The notes under the pieces: generated by a model
Seen by the model: only the letters and a program-made list of their open reading frames with translations
Database searches by the model: none
What the model was told of the DNA's origin: nothing
Translations under genes and position numbers: made by a program
Source: a virus
Lineage: Duplodnaviria; Caudoviricetes
Strand: one strand, 5' to 3'
IMG/VR virus record: IMGVR_UViG_3300022173_000059
Span: 1-38,155 of that record
DNA: 38,155 bases
Shown here: one piece after another, positions 24,454-33,481 of the stretch
How positions within the stretch are numbered: position 1 is the first letter of the stretch
Layout of the letters: each line of letters opens with the position of its first letter

Positions 24454-24713
24454 ATAGGCTTCTTGAAACACTACACAGCGGCGCTCAGGGCGCATCAAAT
24501 GGCGTTGCAGGCGTTGTGTCTGGCCCAGTTGATACGCTGGCATCAGTTCTTAGAAAATTGGGCGTGCCAGTGCCAGAAGATCCTGTCGCTGGTGAACAGT
24601 GGATGCGAAAAATGGGTTTGATGCAAGAGCCAAAGAACAAGATTGCTGGCTTGGTTGGCGAAGGGCTTGGAATGGCTCTACCTGCTGCTCCTGCTGGGAG
24701 GTTGCCGAAATGA
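24450..24713 (+). CDS. Small Gly-rich hypothetical protein
   Basis: 87 aa, ATGA overlaps on both sides. Confidence 0.6.
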   Translation: MNRLLETLHSGAQGASNGVAGVVSGPVDTLASVLRKLGVPVPEDPVAGEQWMRKMGLMQEPKNKIAGLVGEGLGMALPAAPAGRLPK

Positions 24714-25192
24714 TTTCCTACAAGTTCGATATTACACGCGGCCGGCCAATTCTTTCCATGCGCCAAAAGGTGGAGAAGTTGGAAAAATCCATGTATTCCA
24801 TGGAGCAAGTTGAATGCCCTGTCCGTCATTACTTTGCGCCTGGTATGTACGCCAGAGAAATCACTCTTCCAAAAGGAGTTACGCTGATCGGGGCTATTCA
24901 CAAGATGGAGAATCTCTGCATCTTGTCTAAGGGCAAATTGCAGTTGGTGACTGACTCGGGAACGGTGATAATCGAAGCGCCTGCCACGTTGGTGTGCAAG
25001 GCTGGCGCAAAGAATGCCGCATTTGCCATAGAAGAATCTGTTTGGACGAACTTCCTGCCAAATCCAGATAATGAGACGGATGTTGATAAGCTGGTTGAGG
25101 TCTTTACGCATTCCAAAGCCTCGGAGTTGCTTGGCGGGAAAGACAATCCGCAATTACTGGCTCTGGCAAAGCTGAAAGAATTGGAGAACTGA
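24710..25192 (+). CDS. Cupin-like conserved phage protein
   Basis: HYFAPGMYAREITLPKG..LIGAIHK...ILSKG beta-barrel pattern. Confidence 0.65.
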   Translation: MISYKFDITRGRPILSMRQKVEKLEKSMYSMEQVECPVRHYFAPGMYAREITLPKGVTLIGAIHKMENLCILSKGKLQLVTDSGTVIIEAPATLVCKAGAKNAAFAIEESVWTNFLPNPDNETDVDKLVEVFTHSKASELLGGKDNPQLLALAKLKELEN

Positions 25193-25193
25193 T

Positions 25194-26147
25194 ATGTCAT
25201 TCGGAGCTGTCGCCGCAATTGGCGGTGCCGTTATTGCGGCAGATGCAGCGGGCAATGCCGCTGACAAACAAGCAGGTGCTGCAGCAGGTGCCACAGCCGC
25301 TCAACGGGCTGCGGCTGACCGTGCCTACCAATTGCAGGAGCCTTATCAGGAGGCCGGCAACCTTGCAAACAACAAACTTCTCAGCCTGCTCGGGCTTCAA
25401 TCCGAATCTGATTCGGCGGCTTTGTCGAGCGCATTTGATAGCATATACCGTCAAGAAAGAGCTCTTGCCGATCAGAAGCACCGCGAATCACGCGGATTCG
25501 GTTTTGATGATGCGCCAGCATGGGCGCAAGCAGAATTGAGCAATTGGGATCAGCAAATTCGCAACGAAGCAAAGAAGCGTGCTCAAGCCCAAGTTAAGGC
25601 AGGTGGCGGCACTGGTTCTACGGAAAGTGGATTCGGTTCTCTGATGAAGAAGTTCGGAATGGAGGATTTTGAAGCCGATCCTGGCTATAAATTCCGAATG
25701 GATGAGGGAATGAAGGGCGTAGAGCGCTCTGCCGCATCGCGTGGCGGGTTGTTCTCGGGAGCTGCCGGCAAGCAATTGGAGCGATTCGGCCAGGGTCTTG
25801 CTTCTCAGGAATACGGGAATGCATACAATCGATTCACGAACGACCAGACTAACCAATACAACAAGTTGGCTGGTGTAGTTAATTCCGGTCAAGGTGCTGC
25901 GAATCAGATCGGAAATGCACAATTGAACTTTGGCAATCAGCAGGCCAATAACATGATTGGCGCAGGGAATGCACAAGCTGCGGCAGGTATTGCACAAGGC
26001 AATGCTTGGCAAAGCGGCATCAATGACGCCTTCAATTTGTACAACCAGTCTAATGCGCTGAATAAGGCATTGAACAGTGGTGGCTCATCTGGTGGATTTG
26101 GGACTGGTAATTTGTATGGCAATCAAGACCTTGGCAATTATTTCTAA
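25194..26147 (+). CDS. DNA ejection protein (P22 gp7-like)
   Basis: Ala/Gly/Gln-rich, DPGYKFRMDEG...SAASRGGLFSG motif. Confidence 0.8.
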   Translation: MSFGAVAAIGGAVIAADAAGNAADKQAGAAAGATAAQRAAADRAYQLQEPYQEAGNLANNKLLSLLGLQSESDSAALSSAFDSIYRQERALADQKHRESRGFGFDDAPAWAQAELSNWDQQIRNEAKKRAQAQVKAGGGTGSTESGFGSLMKKFGMEDFEADPGYKFRMDEGMKGVERSAASRGGLFSGAAGKQLERFGQGLASQEYGNAYNRFTNDQTNQYNKLAGVVNSGQGAANQIGNAQLNFGNQQANNMIGAGNAQAAAGIAQGNAWQSGINDAFNLYNQSNALNKALNSGGSSGGFGTGNLYGNQDLGNYF

Positions 26148-26155
26148 GGATCGAA

Positions 26156-27550
26156 ATGGCAACCGCTGATACCTCGATTTACAACCAAGTAGGCCGCGCC
26201 TCTCGAATTCAAACGCCATTTGAGACGCAGAATCAATTGTCTGCGGTTCTCCAGGGCGTGAATCAGAACCGCATGGCTGAAATGAAGATGCAGCAGGCTC
26301 AGGCGGATCAGGCGAAACAGAATCGGCTTTCTGCTCTTCTTGCTCCTGAGTACGCAACTCCAGAGGCAAAATATACGGCCCTTTCTCGTGGTGGATTTCA
26401 GAAAGAGGCCGACGATTTCAGGACTGGAGAGCAAACTTATCAAAAGGGCAAAGTTGATATTGACAAAAGCGCATTTGCCCTAGCAAACGACAAATACAAC
26501 AAATACAAAAGCGTGATTGGCACACTTTCGCAGCGCCCAGATTTGTCAAAAGACATGGTTGTCCAAGCTGGGCAAGAAATGGTCAATGCTGGGCTTTTGG
26601 CTCCTGATATGTTCCAGAAATCAATGGAAAATATGCCAGATGACCCTAATCAACTTCGCTTGAAGTTGCGTGAAGGCGTTATGTCTCAAATGACGCCAGA
26701 ACAACAACTGACTTTCTTCAATCCGAAGGCGGAGAAGATCGACAACGGCCAGACCATCGGCTTCCGTGACATGAACCCGAACAGCCCCACCTATGGTCAG
26801 CAAACGGGCGGCGCTGCGGTGCAACGAGAAATGACGCCGGGCGAGGTGTCTAGTGCTGCTACGGCTCGGCGCGGGCAAGATATCACGGTTCGAGGCCAGA
26901 ACATGACCGATTCGCGTTCTCGTGAGTCAAACAACAACGCCCTAACGAAGCCGTTTGAAATCACGGGAGAAGACGGTAAGCCCGTGCTCGTACAGCAAGA
27001 CAAGCAAGGAAACATCCGCCCGGTATCCGGATATGGGCCGAAGCAAGGCGCATCCAAGCCATTGACAGAAGGGCAATCTAAGGCGCTGTTGTTTGGCTCG
27101 CGCATGCAAGAGTCCAACGACATCATTAACGAACTAGCGGAAAAAGGTTCAAACGTCTCTGTACCTGGCTCAAGAACCGGCTACGGCGTCGGAACGGTTG
27201 TGAATGCCATTCAACCTGCGGATCGCCAACGCTTGGATCAGGCAAAACGAAACTTTCTCAACGCTGTTCTCCGGCGAGAGTCCGGGGCGGTGATCGCAAA
27301 AGAAGAGTTTGACAGCGGCGACAGGCAATACTTCCCACAGCCGGGTGAAGGTCCAGACGTCATTGCTCAAAAAAGGGCGGGGCGAGAAACAGCCATGCGC
27401 GGGATCATTGCCGAAGTTCCTGATGCCGAAAACAGGATAAAACAAGTTCGTGGTGGATCTTCTCCAAAAACTCCAACATCGTCTGCATCGGCGCTTTCCG
27501 CAGAAGAGGCGGCGGAGCTGGCAGACCTTCGTAAGAGGCTAGGCAAATGA
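26156..27550 (+). CDS. DNA ejection protein (gp20 position)
   Basis: Second ejection-operon gene, Gln-rich, LRRESGAVI...YFPQPG motif. Confidence 0.7.
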   Translation: MATADTSIYNQVGRASRIQTPFETQNQLSAVLQGVNQNRMAEMKMQQAQADQAKQNRLSALLAPEYATPEAKYTALSRGGFQKEADDFRTGEQTYQKGKVDIDKSAFALANDKYNKYKSVIGTLSQRPDLSKDMVVQAGQEMVNAGLLAPDMFQKSMENMPDDPNQLRLKLREGVMSQMTPEQQLTFFNPKAEKIDNGQTIGFRDMNPNSPTYGQQTGGAAVQREMTPGEVSSAATARRGQDITVRGQNMTDSRSRESNNNALTKPFEITGEDGKPVLVQQDKQGNIRPVSGYGPKQGASKPLTEGQSKALLFGSRMQESNDIINELAEKGSNVSVPGSRTGYGVGTVVNAIQPADRQRLDQAKRNFLNAVLRRESGAVIAKEEFDSGDRQYFPQPGEGPDVIAQKRAGRETAMRGIIAEVPDAENRIKQVRGGSSPKTPTSSASALSAEEAAELADLRKRLGK

Positions 27551-29364
27551 ACGAACGCGAAGAACTCGAAGCGCTTCGGCGTCTAGCTCAACTTGAGGCG
27601 AAAGCCGCAGGCGGGAAAGAACAGCGCATTGCTGCTCAAATGGAAGCGGACCGCAAGCTATACGACCCAACAAAAGACATGAGTTCTTTTGAGCGCACGG
27701 TCGCTGGTTATGGCTCTGCCGTCCCGCGTGCTATTCGTGGGGTTCGTCAGTATCTGCCTGAAATGCTTGGCGGCCTTTCTGGTGAGGAAGTCGCCCAGGC
27801 CAATGCCTTGGACAAGCCTCTTCTAGACACGACCGCTGGCAACGTTGGCAACATCGCCGGGAACATTGCGGCATTCGTCCCTACCGTTGCAATCCCTGGC
27901 GCGGCAACGCTTAGGGGCGCTGGCGCTATTGGTGCGGCTCAAGGGCTTCTGACGCCGGAAGAAAAATCCTCGGACCGGCTGCTAAATGCCGGCATCGGCG
28001 CTGCCGCTGGCGCTGGAGGCGTTGCAGCCGTTCGCGGGCTAACTGCCGCAGCGCAAGGCGCAAAAGCGCTTGTAGACCCGTTTACAGACGCTGGACGTAC
28101 CAAGATCGCGGGGCGCATGATTGAGCGGTTTGCGGATGACCCCGCACAGGTTGCCGCAGCCAAGGGGCTTAAAAGCATCACGGGTGCCGTGCCAACGCTT
28201 GCCGAAGAAACCGGCGATGCGGGTATCGCACGTTTGCAAGACGCCATTCGTGCATCAGATCCTCAGATTGCCAACCGCATCGGCCAGCGCCTGGCAGACA
28301 ACAATGCCGCTCGGGTTGGATCTCTCCAGACATTGGCCGGCGATAGCTCCAAGCGCGCAGCGGCGGAAGGTGCGCGAGAGGCGGCTACCAAAGACCTGTA
28401 TACGCAGGCCACGAAGGCGGCGTATACAGTAGATGGCAAACTATCGGAGTTGCTTGATCGTCCGGCAGTAAAACAGGCTCTCACCCGTGCAAAGACGCTG
28501 GCAGAGAACCAAGGCCGCAAGGTCGATTTCGACGTGACGCCTACGAATGCGTTTCGAGGCATGGGCGTGCCGGACAACAACACCCGCCAAATCACCGGGC
28601 AATCGCTCCAAGATTTGAAGATGGCGATGGATGAAATGTTGACAGACCCTGCATCGGGTTTCACCGGGAAAGCCGGGAACACGATCAAGGATTTGCGCGG
28701 TCAGTTGCTCAACTGGATGGAAGGTGCAAACCCGGCATTCAAACAGGCTCGCACGACCTATCGCGACATGTCCAAGCCGCTTAGTGCAATGGACATTGGA
28801 GACGAGGTTGCGCGCCGTGCCACATCGAACACCAGCGACCTGGCCGGAAATCCCAGAATGCAGGCCAATGCCCTGATGGGAATGCTGCGCGATGAGCCGG
28901 GTTTGATTGAGCGCGCCACGGGCCGAAAAGGTGTCGGGCAATCTCTGTCTGATGTGCTGACACCCGAGCAACTGAATTTGTTGCGCTCGGTAGCTGGTGA
29001 AACAGACCGGACAGCGGCGGTCGCGTCCGCTGGGGCTGGCCCTGGTTCTGCCACGGCGCAGCGCATGGCATCGCAAAACATCCTCCAGCAGTTGATCGGC
29101 CCTACTGGCATGCCTAAATCTTGGGCGGATAGTGCCATTGCCAACACGGTGATTGGCAAGCCATTCAATTTGATCTATGGCGGCGTTGCAGAACCGAAGA
29201 TTCAGAACGCGCTTGCAGAAGCTTTGCTGAACCCCGAGGCCGCTAGAAAAGCGCTGGCATCTGCTCGGCCTGGATCGCCACGCATTCCTGACAATACGTT
29301 AACCGAGTTGCTGCGCCACTCAGCGCGTGTGACGCCGGCTCAAATGGTGACCGGGGATCGGTGA
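27547..29364 (+). CDS. DNA ejection protein (gp16 position)
   Basis: 605 aa, Ala/Gly-rich, with a hydrophobic Gly-zipper region. Confidence 0.7.
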   Translation: MNEREELEALRRLAQLEAKAAGGKEQRIAAQMEADRKLYDPTKDMSSFERTVAGYGSAVPRAIRGVRQYLPEMLGGLSGEEVAQANALDKPLLDTTAGNVGNIAGNIAAFVPTVAIPGAATLRGAGAIGAAQGLLTPEEKSSDRLLNAGIGAAAGAGGVAAVRGLTAAAQGAKALVDPFTDAGRTKIAGRMIERFADDPAQVAAAKGLKSITGAVPTLAEETGDAGIARLQDAIRASDPQIANRIGQRLADNNAARVGSLQTLAGDSSKRAAAEGAREAATKDLYTQATKAAYTVDGKLSELLDRPAVKQALTRAKTLAENQGRKVDFDVTPTNAFRGMGVPDNNTRQITGQSLQDLKMAMDEMLTDPASGFTGKAGNTIKDLRGQLLNWMEGANPAFKQARTTYRDMSKPLSAMDIGDEVARRATSNTSDLAGNPRMQANALMGMLRDEPGLIERATGRKGVGQSLSDVLTPEQLNLLRSVAGETDRTAAVASAGAGPGSATAQRMASQNILQQLIGPTGMPKSWADSAIANTVIGKPFNLIYGGVAEPKIQNALAEALLNPEAARKALASARPGSPRIPDNTLTELLRHSARVTPAQMVTGDR

Positions 29365-29490
29365 AAAAAGAATCTTTTTTAGCTTGCCTTCGGGTATAAA
29401 ACGCCGAGCAAAATACGAAAGCGCCCAGGCAATGCTAAAGATAAACACTGCTACGAGCGGTTTTAGAATGATTGCAATGGCAAATGACAT
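29320..29490 (-). CDS. Small antisense membrane protein (56 aa, not in ORF track)
   Basis: MSFAIAIILKPLVAVFIFSIAWALSYFARRFIPEGKLKKILFSPIPGHHLSRRHTR. TAGAAT lies 6 nt upstream of the ATG. Confidence 0.65.
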   Translation of the reverse strand: MSFAIAIILKPLVAVFIFSIAWALSYFARRFIPEGKLKKILFSPIPGHHLSRRHTR

Positions 29491-29499
29491 GACCGCATT

Positions 29500-29997
29500 C
29501 TAGATCGTGCATCCCGGATGAAGCAAACGTTTAGCTACTAAATATGCTTGATGTGCTTCTTCTGGAGTGTCAAATCTCCCCAGATTATGAATTTTTTTGT
29601 TGACAGATATAGAAGCACGCCATCTTCCGGAAAACCACCGAACACCCAGAAAGCCACTTTTGTTTCCTTTTTGCGGAGCGTGTTGGTTTTGCATGTTAAT
29701 ACCATGGTTGGCTTCGCGCAGATTCGACCAACGGTTATCTGATGGGATGCCATTTATGTGGTCAACAAGCTTAGGCCATGAACCCGTCATGTAAAACCAC
29801 GCAAGCCGGTGAGACAGATATGGTGTGTTATCCACTTTCAGCCTTGTGTGCCCGTGTGTAAGCGGAGAGCTTTTGACGACGCCAAGAGGTACTCGTTTAG
29901 ACGCAGCAAGCCTTGTGAAAACGCCAGTATCTGGGTTGTAGTGAATTAATTGCTTAAGCCGTTCAACGGTTAAGGCCTTAGAATATTTGTCATCCAT
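29500..29997 (-). CDS. HNH homing endonuclease with AP2-like domain
   Basis: HRLAWFYMTG, VDHINGIPSDNRWSNLR, and SGFLGV...WRASI...LGRFDT motifs. Confidence 0.9.
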   Translation of the reverse strand: MDDKYSKALTVERLKQLIHYNPDTGVFTRLAASKRVPLGVVKSSPLTHGHTRLKVDNTPYLSHRLAWFYMTGSWPKLVDHINGIPSDNRWSNLREANHGINMQNQHAPQKGNKSGFLGVRWFSGRWRASISVNKKIHNLGRFDTPEEAHQAYLVAKRLLHPGCTI

Positions 29998-30023
29998 GAA
30001 GCACCTCTAATGCGGATTGGTCA

Positions 30024-30071
30024 GGGCATGGCAGGCGTTGGAATCGCCTTGCCAGTCCCGTTATTTTAGCA
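30024..30071 (-). promoter_or_regulatory. Extended -10 promoter and leader hairpin of the HNH cassette
   Basis: TG-C-TAAAAT at 30071-30063. Hairpin at 30024-30059. Confidence 0.55.
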
Positions 30072-30081
30072 AGGAATCCAA

Positions 30082-31539
30082 ATGCCGTTTTTCCTTTCCC
30101 CTGTGCTCAACGAACAGCAGTTCGATGCCAATGGCGACCCGTTGGCAGACGGGCAGATCGAAACCTATTTGGCCGGCACGCTCACGCCCGTATTTACCTA
30201 CAAAACCGAGTCAGGCACGGCCCACTCAAACCCGATCACTCTGGATTCTGCCGGGTACTTTCCAACAGGTACCCAGTTGTGGCTGGAAGGTGGCAAAGCT
30301 TACAAATTCATTGTAAAGACCTCTGTGGTGACGGGGAGTGTGACGCTCCGCACGATTGACAACATCACTGGCATCAACGATTCCAATTTGACGCCCTCCG
30401 AGTGGCAGCAATACACCACCACGGCGTTTACCTATCTTTCTCCGACCTCGTTTTCGGTGGTAGGCGATCAAACGAACATCTTCCAAGTGAATCGTCGCGT
30501 GCAGACGATGAACACCGGTGGCCTGGCGTATGGAACGGTTGTTTCTGCGGTCTATGGCGCACCAAATACGGTTGTCACCATGGCAAATACGTCGGGCGCT
30601 TTAGATTCCGGTTTGTCTGCTGTTTACTACGCGCTTTTGTCAGCGACTAACCCCAGCGTCCCGGATTTGTATGCATCGAAGGGGCTTGTAACGGCCAGCG
30701 GCCTGACCATGGCAACTGACCGTGTGCTTGGTCGTGTGTCTGCCTCTACTGGGGCAGTAGAAGAACTGACACGGGCACAACTTGCTGTACTGTCGACTTC
30801 CAAGGTCCAGCCGATTTCCGCCTCCGTTGCCTCTAGCGCCCTAACTCTGACGCTCAACCCGACGACTTTGGATTTTCGTTCGGCAACGCTTGGGAGTGGG
30901 ACGACAAACACCCGAACAATTCCGACCGCAATCACACTAGTGATTTCCAGTGGCTCAACGCTTGGCACCACAAGCGCTGTTCTTTCCCGCCTCGCGGTTC
31001 TGGCAATCGACAACGCGGGCACTGTGGAGCTGGCTATCGTCAACTTGCTTGGCGGCGTTGACATTGGGGAGGCAGGCGTAATCTCTACGACCGCAGAAGG
31101 CGGAGCGGGCGGAGCTGACAGCGCTTCGACGATCTACAGCACCACAGCGCGCGCAAACGTCCCGTATCGGATCGTTGGATATGTTGAAAGCACACAAGCC
31201 ACGGCTGGCACTTGGGCAACGACCCCGAGCCTTGTTAACGGTTCTTCCTCGCCTCTCGCTATGTGGCTTGCAGGCTATGGACGGACATGGCAAGTTGTCA
31301 CCGGTAGCCGGGCTATGGACACCAACTTCACAAATGCAACCGGCCGACCACTACAGGCGCTCGTGGCTGCCTCAGCCGCCGCTGGCGTCTCCTGCGAATT
31401 CACCATAGGAGGCGTTGTTTTGTCGAGATTCAACATCGCTGCCAGCAGCATGAATAGCACCCACTCTGTGACGGTCCAGCCTGGCGACGTATATCGATCG
31501 AACAACGGGACTCTATTGGGGTGGTCGGAACTTCGATAA
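30082..31539 (+). CDS. Tail fibre / receptor-binding protein
   Basis: N-terminal FDANGDPL..G...Y.AGT.TP..TY...NPITLD anchor. C-terminal TWQ...R....TN.TGRP...WSELR fibre-tip motif. Confidence 0.8.
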   Translation: MPFFLSPVLNEQQFDANGDPLADGQIETYLAGTLTPVFTYKTESGTAHSNPITLDSAGYFPTGTQLWLEGGKAYKFIVKTSVVTGSVTLRTIDNITGINDSNLTPSEWQQYTTTAFTYLSPTSFSVVGDQTNIFQVNRRVQTMNTGGLAYGTVVSAVYGAPNTVVTMANTSGALDSGLSAVYYALLSATNPSVPDLYASKGLVTASGLTMATDRVLGRVSASTGAVEELTRAQLAVLSTSKVQPISASVASSALTLTLNPTTLDFRSATLGSGTTNTRTIPTAITLVISSGSTLGTTSAVLSRLAVLAIDNAGTVELAIVNLLGGVDIGEAGVISTTAEGGAGGADSASTIYSTTARANVPYRIVGYVESTQATAGTWATTPSLVNGSSSPLAMWLAGYGRTWQVVTGSRAMDTNFTNATGRPLQALVAASAAAGVSCEFTIGGVVLSRFNIAASSMNSTHSVTVQPGDVYRSNNGTLLGWSELR

Positions 31540-31600
31540 TGCAAAAATGTAGTAAAAGCCGGTCAATTCCTTACAATCCCTAAACACGAAAGGGATTAGC

Positions 31601-31939
31601 ATGTTTGAAATTGATCCAAAGTCGCTAGAGTCGGTTGTTCGCAGCCCATTCACTGGCGGTTTGTTTGGCGCTTTGGTGCTGTCTTTTCGCGGTGGACCTG
31701 ACACCAGTTGGCGAGAAAGAGTTGTAACTACCTTATCAGGCGGTGTTATGGCTGGATTTATAAGCCCTGCGGCAGCAGAGTATTTCGAACTTCACACCCC
31801 AGCGATGCAATCCGGGATGGCTTTCTTTGTCGGTCTGTTTGGCCTGAATATGATGACCGCCATTCTCCGTTGGATCAAGACGGCCAATATCTCGGACTAC
31901 CTACCGTGGGGTAAACAAAAGGTTGTTAAGGATGAGTGA
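31601..31939 (+). CDS. Putative holin
   Basis: 112 aa with about three TM segments, FFVGLFG motif and a basic tail. Heads the lysis cluster. Confidence 0.7.
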   Translation: MFEIDPKSLESVVRSPFTGGLFGALVLSFRGGPDTSWRERVVTTLSGGVMAGFISPAAAEYFELHTPAMQSGMAFFVGLFGLNMMTAILRWIKTANISDYLPWGKQKVVKDE

Positions 31940-32333
31940 TCTTCAAACCTTAAACGGACTGGCCTCTTTTGTCTGTGCCTGTGTGTTGACCTGTGTGGTT
32001 CTCAGTCCTCGGGTTAAGGACGGCGTCATCATCAAGGCTGGGCTAATCGCGATGATTGGATCATTCTTCCTGACAGCGATGCTGGCATTCGAGAATTCCA
32101 AAAACTTGGATGCGTATGCGGTTTCAAACCTGATGAACCGTGGAGGCTTGATTGTTGCTGGATTGGGTGTATGGTTGAGACTTCACAAATTCCTTCGTCG
32201 GTCTAAAAAAAAGTCCGACGCACACAGCCCGAGAACGAACCAGATTCTTTCCGTAATGACAAGTCAAGCCAGCGAGCTGATGGACTTAATTTATGATTCA
32301 GAGCCTGCCAAGCGAAAAGATAAAGTCGATTGA
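31932..32333 (+). CDS. Membrane protein in the lysis cassette
   Basis: Three TM segments followed by a basic stretch. Confidence 0.65.
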   Translation: MSDLQTLNGLASFVCACVLTCVVLSPRVKDGVIIKAGLIAMIGSFFLTAMLAFENSKNLDAYAVSNLMNRGGLIVAGLGVWLRLHKFLRRSKKKSDAHSPRTNQILSVMTSQASELMDLIYDSEPAKRKDKVD

Positions 32334-32520
32334 GTTCAAGGCTCCAGTTATCACGCCGGCAAACCCATACGATTCGTTAGATGTGGTTATGCATGAGATT
32401 CAGCAGCTTTGCCGGGTTTCATGGTCTGAGAATGAAATCATCATGAAGATCGAAGAGGCTAGAGTCATGCGGCGCAATGACAAAGGCGTGACTACACCAA
32501 CAGCAGAAAGGTGGGGATGA
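32293..32520 (+). CDS. Hypothetical protein
   Basis: Fills the gap before the lysozyme. Start uncertain. Confidence 0.4.
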   Translation: MIQSLPSEKIKSIEFKAPVITPANPYDSLDVVMHEIQQLCRVSWSENEIIMKIEEARVMRRNDKGVTTPTAERWG

Positions 32521-32948
32521 TTTCAGAACTGTCCAGACAGCTAAAATCTGAGGAAGGTGTTGTTGACCACGCCTATCAAGACCATCTTGGATTTTGGACA
32601 ATCGGTGTTGGGCGATTGATCGATAAGCGTAAAGGCGGGAAGCTCAGGCCATTTGAGATTGATTACCTTCTACGTAACGACATTGAAGAGTGCATCAATG
32701 ATCTGAATAAGCGCTTGCCATGGATTCAGAATCTCGATGATGCGCGCCGGGGAGTTCTTGTCGGGATGGCGTTTCAGATGGGCCTAAATGGACTCCTAGC
32801 TTTCAAAAACACTCTTAGGATGGTTGAGAGTGGCGACTACATGGGCGCGGCCAGGAATATGATGGATTCTCTGTGGGCACGCCAGACGCCAGAACGTGCT
32901 GGCCGCATGGCAGAGCAGATGCGTACCGGTGTTTGGCAGTTCAAATGA
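32517..32948 (+). CDS. Endolysin (GH24/T4-like lysozyme)
   Basis: EEG...YQDHLGFWTIGVGR catalytic E-D-T motif, MAFQMG and WARQTPERA. Confidence 0.92.
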   Translation: MISELSRQLKSEEGVVDHAYQDHLGFWTIGVGRLIDKRKGGKLRPFEIDYLLRNDIEECINDLNKRLPWIQNLDDARRGVLVGMAFQMGLNGLLAFKNTLRMVESGDYMGAARNMMDSLWARQTPERAGRMAEQMRTGVWQFK

Positions 32949-33409
32949 TTTCCCTGTTGTTCAACCGATTCACGCTCTATGCGGCTTTGGTTGCAATGGC
33001 TCTAGCTGGCGCATATGCTTATCGATCCAGCCTGATCCAGATGGGTTACGATCAAGCAATGGCTCAAGTTAAGGAGGCCGAGACGGATCGTCTCCGAGAA
33101 CTTCTGAGAGAAAATTCCCGCTTGGTTGGCGTTGTGGAGAAGTTGAATGCTCAAGCTGAAAAACAGAAGCAGGATATTGCGGCTTTTCGTGCTCGCCAGC
33201 GTGTTGATTCTGACAAGTTGCGGGACCAAGAAGCTAACCATCAGCTCAGACTTGCCGCCGCCAGCGCCCAAGCCGTCCGTAACTATGCCACGCACCTCGA
33301 CGGAAATCTTGAACGATGCCGAAGCGACGTTGAACGATTCTCGTCAGAAGCAGCAAGCTGCTCGGTCGCTGCTCACCAAATGAATGACTACTTGAAAGAA
33401 CTTCCTTAG
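32945..33409 (+). CDS. Rz: i-spanin (Rz-like)
   Basis: N-terminal TM plus long coiled coil, after the endolysin. Confidence 0.8.
   Translation: MISLLFNRFTLYAALVAMALAGAYAYRSSLIQMGYDQAMAQVKEAETDRLRELLRENSRLVGVVEKLNAQAEKQKQDIAAFRARQRVDSDKLRDQEANHQLRLAAASAQAVRNYATHLDGNLERCRSDVERFSSEAASCSVAAHQMNDYLKELP
33147..33383 (+). CDS. Rz1: o-spanin lipoprotein (Rz1-like), embedded in Rz
   Basis: Signal peptide with LTSC lipobox and Pro-rich PPPAPKP, in the +1 frame within Rz. Confidence 0.8.
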   Translation: MLKLKNRSRILRLFVLASVLILTSCGTKKLTISSDLPPPAPKPSVTMPRTSTEILNDAEATLNDSRQKQQAARSLLTK

Positions 33410-33449
33410 TTTCGTTGCCGCTCTCCTGTCGACTCGACCACCGAGTCTT

Positions 33450-33481
33450 AGCCCGGTTCCTCACGGTTCCGGGCTTTTTTT
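33450..33481 (+). terminator. Intrinsic terminator of the late operon
   Basis: AGCCCGG...CCGGGCT followed by a T tract. Confidence 0.8.

Noticed and set aside
30082-31539. Diversity-generating retroelement or invertible tail-fibre tip
   Set aside because: No reverse transcriptase or invertase, and no second copy of the fibre C-terminus was seen.
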